Source of the DNA: an uncultured Legionella sp.
GTDB taxonomy: Bacteria > Pseudomonadota > Gammaproteobacteria > Legionellales > Legionellaceae
Length of the DNA stretch: 64,000 nucleotides
NCBI GenBank assembly: GCA_964605275.1
Contig: CAZSAO010000003.1
Location: forward strand, 27,248-91,247
Reading direction: 5' to 3'
Positions 9,256 through 17,442 of this stretch are shown piece after piece (the first letter of the stretch is position 1; each line of letters begins with the position of its first letter). Under the pieces are notes generated by a model, which worked only from the letters and a program-made list of their open reading frames with translations, had not been told where the DNA came from and made no database searches. The position numbers were made by a program, and so were the translations under genes.

Positions 9256-9968
9256 TATCCCTCTTTAGGCTCAATGATGAGTAAGTTCGCATCGTACGTT
9301 AACACCCCTAACATAATGGAGTTGATTAAACGATTTACACTTACTTTGTAATAATTCGTTCCAAATAAAGGATTAGTATGATGAGGGTCGGCCACCACCA
9401 CTAATCTTTTTTTCACATCATAACCACACAAAACAACAAAATGACCACATGGCGTGCCACGTACATCATCATAAATCGATTGTCCATCTAAAGTAAAATG
9501 CTCCCTGGCACTGCGATAAAGATAAGTGGCACTAAGCGCCGTTAAAATAGGAACGCCCTGAGCAAAATACTTTTTAATTAAATCCACGTTTAAAGAATGA
9601 AAGCAAATTATTCCGCCTTTATGCAAATAATCTAAATAAGCTAAACTTTCTTTAACGATAAAGGGATCTTTTTTATAATGCATTTGCTCTGTTAATTTGC
9701 GAATTAAAAAATCATTATCCCCTTGAGCATGCGCAAACCAAGTGGGATCAAATAACGTTAAATTATAAACATATATTTTCGTCTTAAATCCTTGTGTTAA
9801 TGCATGAGAACCTAACATCGGACTAAGCGTGCCGCCCGAAATAGACCGCTCTATTTGTGGAATGAGCTCTTCCAATGTAATATGTAAACCATAATATTGA
9901 TATATTGCGTGTAAACACGTAGGACCACAGGTTTCATCATCGGGTTGTGCTTGAATGACAATTTCCAT
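9255..9968 (-). CDS. Papain-fold cysteine peptidase (C39-like), first gene of the amidoligase operon
   Basis: Candidate catalytic residues occur in papain order: Q7...C14 (QPDDETCGPTCLH), H (TPCGHFVVLCGYD) and D (VVVADP). The stop shares one nt with the start of the ATP-grasp gene. Confidence 0.65.
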   Translation of the reverse strand: MEIVIQAQPDDETCGPTCLHAIYQYYGLHITLEELIPQIERSISGGTLSPMLGSHALTQGFKTKIYVYNLTLFDPTWFAHAQGDNDFLIRKLTEQMHYKKDPFIVKESLAYLDYLHKGGIICFHSLNVDLIKKYFAQGVPILTALSATYLYRSAREHFTLDGQSIYDDVRGTPCGHFVVLCGYDVKKRLVVVADPHHTNPLFGTNYYKVSVNRLINSIMLGVLTYDANLLIIEPKEG

Positions 9969-10081
9969 ATGGCATTACCCCATGATATTTAAATATATAT
10001 TTAAAACTAGGCCCCTGCGTCTTACTTGTCAAATAACATCTATACTTGAATACATATCTCAACGTGTACAAGGAAGCCTGC

Positions 10082-10933
10082 ATGTGTCGCCTAATTGCGT
10101 ATATAGGAGATAGGCTATTACTAGCTGATGCGTTAATAAAACCGGACAATTCTTTAGTAAAACAAAGTTTAAGTGCCAAAGAAACAACCTCACTGACTAA
10201 TGGGGATGGTTTTGGGTTAGGTTGGTATGTGCCAGAAATTAGCACCGAACCGGCACTGTTTTCATCCATTTTTCCCGCATGGAATGATGAAAATTTATTA
10301 CATTTAGCAAATAAAACGAAAGCACCACTTTTTTTTGCCCATGTTCGAGCCGCCAGTATTGGTGGTGTAAATACTTATAATTGCCACCCCTTTATCTATC
10401 AAAATTGGATGTTCATGCATAATGGACAAATAAATAACTTCTCCGCAATAAAGCGCGCACTACGGCATTTATTAGATGATGATATTTATAATTGGATTCG
10501 AGGTGAAACGGATTCGGAACATTTATTTGCGCTGTTTTTACAATTAGCTAAAGGAAAAGACTTGAGTCAACTTACACACATTGCACAACTGTTACAAACC
10601 ACATTCAAGACCATACAACAGCTGCTGCACCAAACAGGAGTCGACACTACATCTTATTATAATATTTGTATGACAGACGGCCAACGTATTATTGCTAGCC
10701 GTTATTGTACCGATAGTCACATAGCGCCCGAATCATTACATTTTTTAGAGGGTAGCTATTTTTGGTCTAAAAATAATGGTTTAGAAACAAACCCACAAAA
10801 ACCACAACATTGTGTTCTTATCGCATCAGAGCAGTTAACCGATTTTAATGACCAATGGCAGGTGGTACCCGGCAATCATTTTCTGTTAGTAGATAGTGAT
10901 TACTCCGTTAGTATTAAGCCGATAGTGCTTTAA
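10082..10933 (+). CDS. Class II (Ntn-type) glutamine amidotransferase, YafJ/EgtC-like
   Basis: The Met-Cys start (MCRLIAYIG) is needed for the N-terminal nucleophile Cys, so 10082 is preferred over the ORF-track start 10046. Further motifs are NGDGFGLGWY and HVRAAS...NCHPF. Confidence 0.85.
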   Translation: MCRLIAYIGDRLLLADALIKPDNSLVKQSLSAKETTSLTNGDGFGLGWYVPEISTEPALFSSIFPAWNDENLLHLANKTKAPLFFAHVRAASIGGVNTYNCHPFIYQNWMFMHNGQINNFSAIKRALRHLLDDDIYNWIRGETDSEHLFALFLQLAKGKDLSQLTHIAQLLQTTFKTIQQLLHQTGVDTTSYYNICMTDGQRIIASRYCTDSHIAPESLHFLEGSYFWSKNNGLETNPQKPQHCVLIASEQLTDFNDQWQVVPGNHFLLVDSDYSVSIKPIVL

Positions 10934-12678
10934 TACTTAACCCCATACCCAACCTCTTTTTTGGCAATAACTGCGGCCATGCCTATATTTCTCGGATCCG
11001 CTGTAGCGGTAAGTAATTGCGGATTTTTATCCCAAGTAATAACTTGCATGTTGCCATAATATTGTAATAAAGGCATTAAATGATGGCCCATACTTTTTAA
11101 ACGATCTTGAATCGTAGTATTAAAAGTATCCGGTTCAAATTGAATCACATCCGGTAAATACTGATGATGAAAACGCATTGCTGAAGCCATAGGAATAGCA
11201 CCAGAGCCATCATAAAATAACAAGGATGCTAACAATACCATGGTTGGAATACGACTTCCGCCAGGAGTACCCAAAATAGCTACGCGTTCTGGCAACTCAA
11301 GAAAGGTAGGCGTCATACTGGATATGGGCCGCTTACCAGGAGCAATGGCATTGGCTTCACTGCCCACTATGCCAAACACATTAGGGGAACCTACAGCAGT
11401 GGCAAAATCATCCATTTCATCATTAAGTAACACCCCAGTTCCTTTGGCAATCACGCTAGAACCAAAGATATAATTCACCGTCAACGTAGCCGCTACGCGA
11501 TTACCCGCCTCATCGATAATCGAAAAGTGCGTGGTATTGTGATGATTTTCTTTAATAGGCTGGCCTTGTAATACATTACTATCAATGGCTTTATTGGGGC
11601 TAACTAAAGAAAATAATCGTTTCGCATTTTGTGCCGAAGTTAATTTATCAACCGGTACCGATATAAAATCTGGATCGCCTAAAAACTCATCTCGTTGCCA
11701 ATAGGCAAGTCGCATGGCCTCCACAACATAATGTATCCATGCTGCTTTTTCTAGAGTATTTAGTGGCACATAAGATAAAATATTAAGCATCGTTAATAAA
11801 CTAATCCCGCCCGCGGATGGCGGTGGAGCAGTAATAATAAGCATATTATGATATGCGCCCACCAAAGGCTCACGTACTGCTATTTGATATTGAGCTAAAT
11901 CAGCCAGGCTCCAATGACCGCCGGCGTTATTAACCCCCTCGACTAATCGTTTGGCCACCTCGCCTTGATAAAATCCTTTATGTCCTTGTTGCGCCAAAAT
12001 ACGCAACGTGTTAGCCAAATCTTTTTGCACTAACCGCTCACCACGTTGATACGGTTTTCCGTCATGCAAAAAAATGGCCGCAGTCGCAGGATATTTTTTA
12101 ATCCATTCCAACCTATCGCCCATCATGAGGAAATAATTAAACTGGTGATCAACCACAAACCCTTCTTCGGCTAATTTAATCGCCGGAGCTAACGACTGTG
12201 CTAAAGGTAGGCGGCCATAATGTTGTGCAATAAAGGCAAATGCGGCAGGTTGCCCGGGAATAGCCGCGGCTAAACCACCATTCAAAGATAATCCAGGAAT
12301 CACCCTACCTTTGGCATCAAGAAACATATTTTTACTAGCGGCTAATGGCGCTTTTTCCCTGCTATCAACAAAAACATTTTTGTGCGCTTTTTCATCATGC
12401 AATAACCAAAAACCACCGCCGCCAATGCTGGTATGATAAGGCTCGACTACGGCTAAAGCAGCAGCTACCGCAATTGCGGCATCAAAGGCATTGCCACCTT
12501 GAGCTAAAATCTCTAAACCGGCATTGGTTGCCAAAGGATGAGCACTCGCAACAGCATGCCCGGGAGGATTATTAGGTAGAGCAAAAGAATAACTAAAGCA
12601 AGAATAAAACGTTAAAGACAGTATTGAAGTGGAAATAAAATATTTAAATTTATGCATTTTTTCTCTTCTGCAATTCAT
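10930..12678 (-). CDS. ggt: Gamma-glutamyltranspeptidase (periplasmic)
   Basis: It has a signal peptide, the autoprocessing/nucleophile region NTTHFSIID and PGGSRIP near the C-terminus. An alternative start at 12657 gives MHKFKYF. The 5' end overlaps the coaD 3' end. Confidence 0.93.
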   Translation of the reverse strand: MNCRREKMHKFKYFISTSILSLTFYSCFSYSFALPNNPPGHAVASAHPLATNAGLEILAQGGNAFDAAIAVAAALAVVEPYHTSIGGGGFWLLHDEKAHKNVFVDSREKAPLAASKNMFLDAKGRVIPGLSLNGGLAAAIPGQPAAFAFIAQHYGRLPLAQSLAPAIKLAEEGFVVDHQFNYFLMMGDRLEWIKKYPATAAIFLHDGKPYQRGERLVQKDLANTLRILAQQGHKGFYQGEVAKRLVEGVNNAGGHWSLADLAQYQIAVREPLVGAYHNMLIITAPPPSAGGISLLTMLNILSYVPLNTLEKAAWIHYVVEAMRLAYWQRDEFLGDPDFISVPVDKLTSAQNAKRLFSLVSPNKAIDSNVLQGQPIKENHHNTTHFSIIDEAGNRVAATLTVNYIFGSSVIAKGTGVLLNDEMDDFATAVGSPNVFGIVGSEANAIAPGKRPISSMTPTFLELPERVAILGTPGGSRIPTMVLLASLLFYDGSGAIPMASAMRFHHQYLPDVIQFEPDTFNTTIQDRLKSMGHHLMPLLQYYGNMQVITWDKNPQLLTATADPRNIGMAAVIAKKEVGYGVKY

Positions 12679-13132
12679 TGACTACCGCCACGGGCACAAA
12701 TTGAGACACATCACCATCATAAGCCGCAATTTCTCTAACTAATGTTGAAGAAAGAAACATTAAATGTTCCGCGGGCGTTAAAAATAATGTTTCAATCTCT
12801 TTTACCAACTTACGATTCATGCCGGCTAATTGAAATTCATATTCAAAATCGGATACCGCGCGTAATCCTCTAATAATAATGTGTGCATTTTGCTGTTGCG
12901 CAAACTCGATTAGTAAGGTTTCGAAACCCACCACGTGCACATTGGATAAATGCGTTAATGATTCCTCAATTAACCGAATGCGGGTAGCTAAATCAAAAAA
13001 AGGATGCTTCACTTTGTTATTCGCAACAGCAACAATTAACTGCGGAAAAATACGTGCCGCACGAGTAATTAAATCAATATGACCATTAGTCACAGGATCA
13101 AACGTACCAGGATAAATTGCTTTTTTTTTCAT
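12650..13132 (-). CDS. coaD: Phosphopantetheine adenylyltransferase
   Basis: [21 protein letters not shown] aligns from residue 1 with E. coli CoaD, so the Met at 13132 is preferred to the upstream Met at 13153. Confidence 0.93.
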   Translation of the reverse strand: MKKKAIYPGTFDPVTNGHIDLITRAARIFPQLIVAVANNKVKHPFFDLATRIRLIEESLTHLSNVHVVGFETLLIEFAQQQNAHIIIRGLRAVSDFEYEFQLAGMNRKLVKEIETLFLTPAEHLMFLSSTLVREIAAYDGDVSQFVPVAVVNELQKRKNA

Positions 13133-13216
13133 TTTTATTCTGCTCGATTGCATATGGCCACAGTCTAGCGTATTGTGAAATGAAAAACTATAACTAACAC
13201 ATGGATAAGGCCTGCA

Positions 13217-13819
13217 ATGAATGCTATAAAATATGGGATAATTCCCTTCGTTGTTTTTCTAACCGCCTGCGCCCCTACCCCTCGCCCTGCCGAAATGCCC
13301 TCAACCGATAAAGTAATACCTGTGGAAGTACGCCAAAAACAAACGGCCACGATTTCCTCATGGGAATTAAGTGGCGCACTGGCGGCTAAAAATAATAATA
13401 AAGCCTGGTCTGCTGCCATGAACTGGGTACAACATGGTCCGAATGCTTATCAAATAAGATTAATAGGTCCATTAGGCGGTGGCACCGTTTTAATTAAAAA
13501 AACAGGTAAAACGATTACCTTCAGCGATGGGCAAAAAAGTATTTCCTCAACGAATGCGGATGAATTATTAGCCCAACAAACAGGCATTCGCTTACCTGTT
13601 AATAACTTATATTATTGGGTTAGAGGATTACCCGCCCCAGGAACTGCACAAAAAGAACAACGCGATCAATACAATCATCTGGTACAGTTAAAACAAAATG
13701 GCTATACCATTGATTTTGCTCGTTATACCTCAATTAAAGGAATTGACGTTCCTAGCGTGATTCGACTCGAAGGCAATAATTTAATGATTAAAATAATCAT
13801 TAAAAATTGGAGCATTTAA
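13217..13819 (+). CDS. lolB: Outer-membrane lipoprotein LolB
   Basis: It has a lipobox (FLTAC). The blocks WSAAMNWVQ...[16 protein letters not shown]...[14 protein letters not shown] match LolB. The position upstream of prs is as in E. coli. Confidence 0.85.
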   Translation: MNAIKYGIIPFVVFLTACAPTPRPAEMPSTDKVIPVEVRQKQTATISSWELSGALAAKNNNKAWSAAMNWVQHGPNAYQIRLIGPLGGGTVLIKKTGKTITFSDGQKSISSTNADELLAQQTGIRLPVNNLYYWVRGLPAPGTAQKEQRDQYNHLVQLKQNGYTIDFARYTSIKGIDVPSVIRLEGNNLMIKIIIKNWSI

Positions 13820-13825
13820 TGTGTG

Positions 13826-13858
13826 AAGAGCGCTCGCTGCGATTTCAAGAGCGCTCTT
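13826..13858 (+). terminator. Hairpin after lolB (weak terminator candidate)
   Basis: 9-bp stem aagagcgct/agcgctctt with a 15-nt loop, followed by an A/T-rich tract. Confidence 0.35.
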
Positions 13859-14028
13859 AATAACAATTTTGAACAACAAAAAAACAATTTCAAATTATTT
13901 ATAAAATTTTGTCTTTTAAAAGTTGACAACAACAGAAAATCGCTGCAAAATATCCAGCATATCGCAAGGACGATAAAGATAGTTAGTTCAAAAGGTAATT
14001 TGAAAATCAAATAGTTATAGGGGTGTCG

Positions 14029-14103
14029 CCAAGCGGTAAGGCACAGGGTTTTGATCTCTGCATACCTAGGTTCGAATCCTAGCACCCCTGCCATAATCTT
14101 GAA
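14029..14103 (+). tRNA. tRNA-Gln (anticodon UUG)
   Basis: A 75-nt cloverleaf folded by hand: acceptor AGGGGTG/CACCCCT, anticodon stem CAGGG/CTCTG with loop TTTTGAT, T-arm with GGTTCGAATCC, and an encoded CCA. It closely resembles E. coli tRNA-Gln. Confidence 0.93.
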
Positions 14104-14262
14104 GTATAATCCAAATTTTCAATTTGGGTTCAAGTAAACAGACGGCAGGAGATACTCGAGAAGGATGCGTTCTTCGTACCGCTCAAATAACAATAATATC
14201 TTTTTGGCTGTCTTCTGCTATGTGTTTAAGTTAACTGATGTCTCTAATCCAAGGCTTTACAC

Positions 14263-15210
14263 ATGTCCAGCATGATGATTTTTACAGGGAATGCTAACCC
14301 TGAATTAGCACAAACTATATCTTCTCATTTACAAATACCCATAGGCAAAGCAACCGTAGGCACCTTCAGTGATGGTGAGACTATGATTGAAATTCTTGAA
14401 AATGTCCGTGGTAAAGATGTATTTGTATTGCAATCTACTTGCGCTCCGACCAATGACAATTTAATGGAACTTCTTATTATGGCGGATGCCTTAAGAAGAT
14501 CATCCGCTGCACGAATCACCGCAGTTGTTCCTTATTTTGGTTATGCTCGTCAAGACAGAAGAGTACGTTCTGCTCGCGTACCTATTACCGCTAAAGTGGT
14601 TGCTGATATGATGGCATCTGTTGGAATTTGTCGTGTATTAACCGTAGACTTACATGCCGATCAAATTCAAGGTTTTTTCTACATGCCAGTAGATAACGTC
14701 TATTCAACACCTATTTTATTAGACGATATATGCCGACAAAACTTATCCAATATTATGGTGGTTTCTCCCGATGTGGGCGGAGTAGTTCGTGCCAGAGCCA
14801 TGGCCAAACGACTAAATGATGCCGAGTTATCTATTATTGACAAACGCCGCAGTGGTCCCAATAAATCAGAAGTAATGCATATCATTGGTGAGCCAACAGA
14901 TAAAAACTGCATTATTGTCGATGATATCGTTGATACAGCAGGCACACTATGTACTGCCGCGCATGAATTGAAAAAAAATGGCGCAAAAAGCGTACGTGCA
15001 TACATAACCCATCCCGTACTTTCCGGCCCGGCAGTGACCAATATCACGAACTCTGTTCTTGATGAAGTCGTTGTAACAGATACCATTCCTTTGTCAGAAC
15101 AAGCACAACAATGCCCTAAAATTAGGGTAGTCACTTTAGCTGAAATGCTTGCTCAAGCTATAAAACGAGTGAATATAGAAGAATCTGTTAGCTCAATGTT
15201 TGCGGAATAA
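14263..15210 (+). CDS. prs: Ribose-phosphate pyrophosphokinase
   Basis: The product is near-identical in pattern to bacterial PRPP synthetases ([37 protein letters not shown]). It is 315 aa. Confidence 0.97.
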   Translation: MSSMMIFTGNANPELAQTISSHLQIPIGKATVGTFSDGETMIEILENVRGKDVFVLQSTCAPTNDNLMELLIMADALRRSSAARITAVVPYFGYARQDRRVRSARVPITAKVVADMMASVGICRVLTVDLHADQIQGFFYMPVDNVYSTPILLDDICRQNLSNIMVVSPDVGGVVRARAMAKRLNDAELSIIDKRRSGPNKSEVMHIIGEPTDKNCIIVDDIVDTAGTLCTAAHELKKNGAKSVRAYITHPVLSGPAVTNITNSVLDEVVVTDTIPLSEQAQQCPKIRVVTLAEMLAQAIKRVNIEESVSSMFAE

Positions 15211-15297
15211 CGCATTAAAGCACGTCAGTTTTTTTAGTAGGGTTTAAGTACAATTTCTACGTCCTGTGGCTTGTCCACAGGATTCAACAATAGTTAC

Positions 15298-16245
15298 CTA
15301 GTTACTTGCAAAAACCCGGTACGTACTGCCTGATATTGCTTTTGCCTCATACATCGTTAAATCTACATTATGTAATAACGCCTCTTTATCGTAATAACAT
15401 TGCGGTGAGCAGATGGCAATACCTATACTAATAGCTACATATAATGATGTAACACTCAAATTAAAGGGTCCGTTCATTGCGTCAATAATTTTTTGCGCAA
15501 TAACCTCACTATAGAGTGCATTAGAGATATCCTCCAACAATATAGCAAACTCATCACCACCAAAACGGGCAATAGTATCTTCTGCGCGTAATGATTGCCT
15601 TATTCGCGCACCGACTTCTTTTAATAATTTATCGCCAATCGCATGACCAAACACATCATTTACTTCTTTAAATCCATCTAAATCTAAAAATAAAACACTC
15701 ATTGTTCGTCTGTGCCTTTTAGCTTTGACTAACGCCATATCCAGTCTATTTTCAAACAATCCGCGATTAACTAAACCAGTCAACATATCATAATTAGCAC
15801 GCATAATTAAAACATGCTCAAATTCTTTGCGTAAAATAGCGTATTGTATTGCTCGTCTAATCGTCAGACTATCCGTTTGCCCTTTGAATAAATAATCTTG
15901 TGCGCCACTTTGAATTGCCTCCAAGGCTTTTTGCTCATCTTGGTACGACGTCAACACAATAACCGGAAGTTTAGGTGCCATATTTTGAATACTAAATAAG
16001 CCATTGGCTCCTTTTGCATCGGGTAAATTACGATCAAGCAAAGCGACATCAAATTGTTGTTGCGATATATGCTTCAACCCCTCTTCTAAAGTTTTTACTA
16101 TCACAAGATGGCAATCCCCTAACAAAGCCTGCTCAATAGTCTTGGTAATAAGCAGCGCATCACCTCTATTATCTTCAATAATAAGAATTTTTAATGGCTG
16201 AGGCAGAGGCATTATATGATTACTAGTCGAATGTACCTGCTTCAT
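15298..16245 (-). CDS. Response regulator with GGDEF output (REC-GGDEF diguanylate cyclase)
   Basis: REC domain: ILIIEDNRGD...LLDRNLPDAKG. GGDEF domain: canonical RFGGDEF preceded by the I-site RAED five residues upstream. The start shares a nucleotide with the stop of the upstream kinase. Confidence 0.9.
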   Translation of the reverse strand: MKQVHSTSNHIMPLPQPLKILIIEDNRGDALLITKTIEQALLGDCHLVIVKTLEEGLKHISQQQFDVALLDRNLPDAKGANGLFSIQNMAPKLPVIVLTSYQDEQKALEAIQSGAQDYLFKGQTDSLTIRRAIQYAILRKEFEHVLIMRANYDMLTGLVNRGLFENRLDMALVKAKRHRRTMSVLFLDLDGFKEVNDVFGHAIGDKLLKEVGARIRQSLRAEDTIARFGGDEFAILLEDISNALYSEVIAQKIIDAMNGPFNLSVTSLYVAISIGIAICSPQCYYDKEALLHNVDLTMYEAKAISGSTYRVFASN

Positions 16246-16970
16246 TATTCACACTCCTCTACAGGTAATGTAAACATTATTTGCGTGCCGCCCCCAGCCC
16301 TAGATTCACACCAAATGATGCCTTTATGCAATGCAACAATTTGTTTTGCAAATGCTAGCCCAGCGCCCAATCCAGGATATTCTTCTTGCGTATGCAATCG
16401 TTCGAATAAGCCAAAAATACTGGTGTGGAATGCGTTATCAATACCAATCCCATGATCAACACATTGAAAACAAAGCTGCTTATTGATTAATACTGTAGAG
16501 ATAGTAATGTTTGGATGGGTTCCAGGCACATAAAAAGTTAGGGCATTATCCAACAAAATAGTAAACAGCTGTTGTATCAACTGCGGACTACCTTTGATTT
16601 TAGGCAAAGGCATGCACTCAATACGAGCACCTGTTTGAGTTATTTTTTCTCCTAGGATTATTTTGCATTCATCTACTAAATGATTCGCATCAAGCCAAAT
16701 AAACGGCGACGTAGTCGTTTGCAAATGAGACAACGTTACCAGCGCATCAAGCTTCTGAAGTAAGGTAGTACCATTCTCAACAATAATTGCTACATATTCT
16801 TTGCCTTCCTCATCTAAAATTGCCGCATAATCTTTTTCTAATAAGCGAGAAAACTCCACCATTAAACGAGCAGCACTATTTAGGTCATGCGACACATGAT
16901 AAATAAATTGATGCCGTTCTGCTTGCTGCATCATTAATTGTTGGACTGTATCTATTTGCTCTGTGTTCAT
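16245..16970 (-). CDS. Soluble histidine kinase core (HisKA+HATPase, no sensor domain)
   Basis: It has the H-box HVSHDLNSAARLM, N-box LLDNALTF, G1 DHGIGID and G2 GLGAGLAFAKQIV. It is only 241 aa, with no TM segment and no PAS/GAF domain. Confidence 0.85.
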   Translation of the reverse strand: MNTEQIDTVQQLMMQQAERHQFIYHVSHDLNSAARLMVEFSRLLEKDYAAILDEEGKEYVAIIVENGTTLLQKLDALVTLSHLQTTTSPFIWLDANHLVDECKIILGEKITQTGARIECMPLPKIKGSPQLIQQLFTILLDNALTFYVPGTHPNITISTVLINKQLCFQCVDHGIGIDNAFHTSIFGLFERLHTQEEYPGLGAGLAFAKQIVALHKGIIWCESRAGGGTQIMFTLPVEECE

Positions 16971-16975
16971 AATAT

Positions 16976-17440
16976 TTAACTCTGTTTCTCATTAGATTCA
17001 GGGGAAAGTACCAGTGAAAACCAAAACTGTTCTATTTTTTGCATGGCAATGATGAAATTCTCCAAGTTGATAGGCTTAGGGATATAAGCATTGCCATGTA
17101 ATTCATAACTCTTAATCACATCTTGCTCTGCCTTCGAACTAGACAGAATAAGTACCGGAATACGTTTCAACTCGGGCGTATTCTTAATAATTTTTAATAA
17201 CTCATGCCCTTTCATTTTGGGTAAATTTAAATCCAGTAAAATCAGATCGGGAAGCTCCGTATTAATATACTCGCCTTCTTGTAATAACATCGCCAGGGCT
17301 TGCTCTCCATTATTAGCCACCACAAGGTGATTAATAATTTTCGATTCTTTTAATGCTCGACGAGTTAAAATCACATCACCTCGATTATCTTCAACAAGTA
17401 AAATACGAGCAATTTTATGTTGTTCTTTAATAGTATCCAT
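16976..17440 (-). CDS. Single-domain response regulator (CheY/Rcp-like)
   Basis: ILLVEDNRGDVILT...LILLDLNLPKMKG...PVLILSSS...K is a complete REC domain, 154 aa, with no output domain. Confidence 0.9.
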   Translation of the reverse strand: MDTIKEQHKIARILLVEDNRGDVILTRRALKESKIINHLVVANNGEQALAMLLQEGEYINTELPDLILLDLNLPKMKGHELLKIIKNTPELKRIPVLILSSSKAEQDVIKSYELHGNAYIPKPINLENFIIAMQKIEQFWFSLVLSPESNEKQS

Positions 17441-17442
17441 GT

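Noticed and set aside
9937-10269. 110-aa minus-strand ORF overlapping the amidotransferase 5' end
   Set aside because: It is antisense to a well-supported Ntn amidotransferase gene and spans the divergent promoter region. It has no recognisable features.
13816-14094. 92-aa minus-strand ORF
   Set aside because: It overlaps tRNA-Gln on the opposite strand. Its N-terminus (MAGVLGFEPRY...) is the translated antisense of the tRNA T-arm and acceptor stem.
15251-15275. Hairpin cctgtgg-cttgt-ccacagg between prs and the convergent REC-GGDEF gene as a terminator
   Set aside because: It has only a 7-bp stem and no U-tract on either strand. The evidence is too weak to list as a feature.
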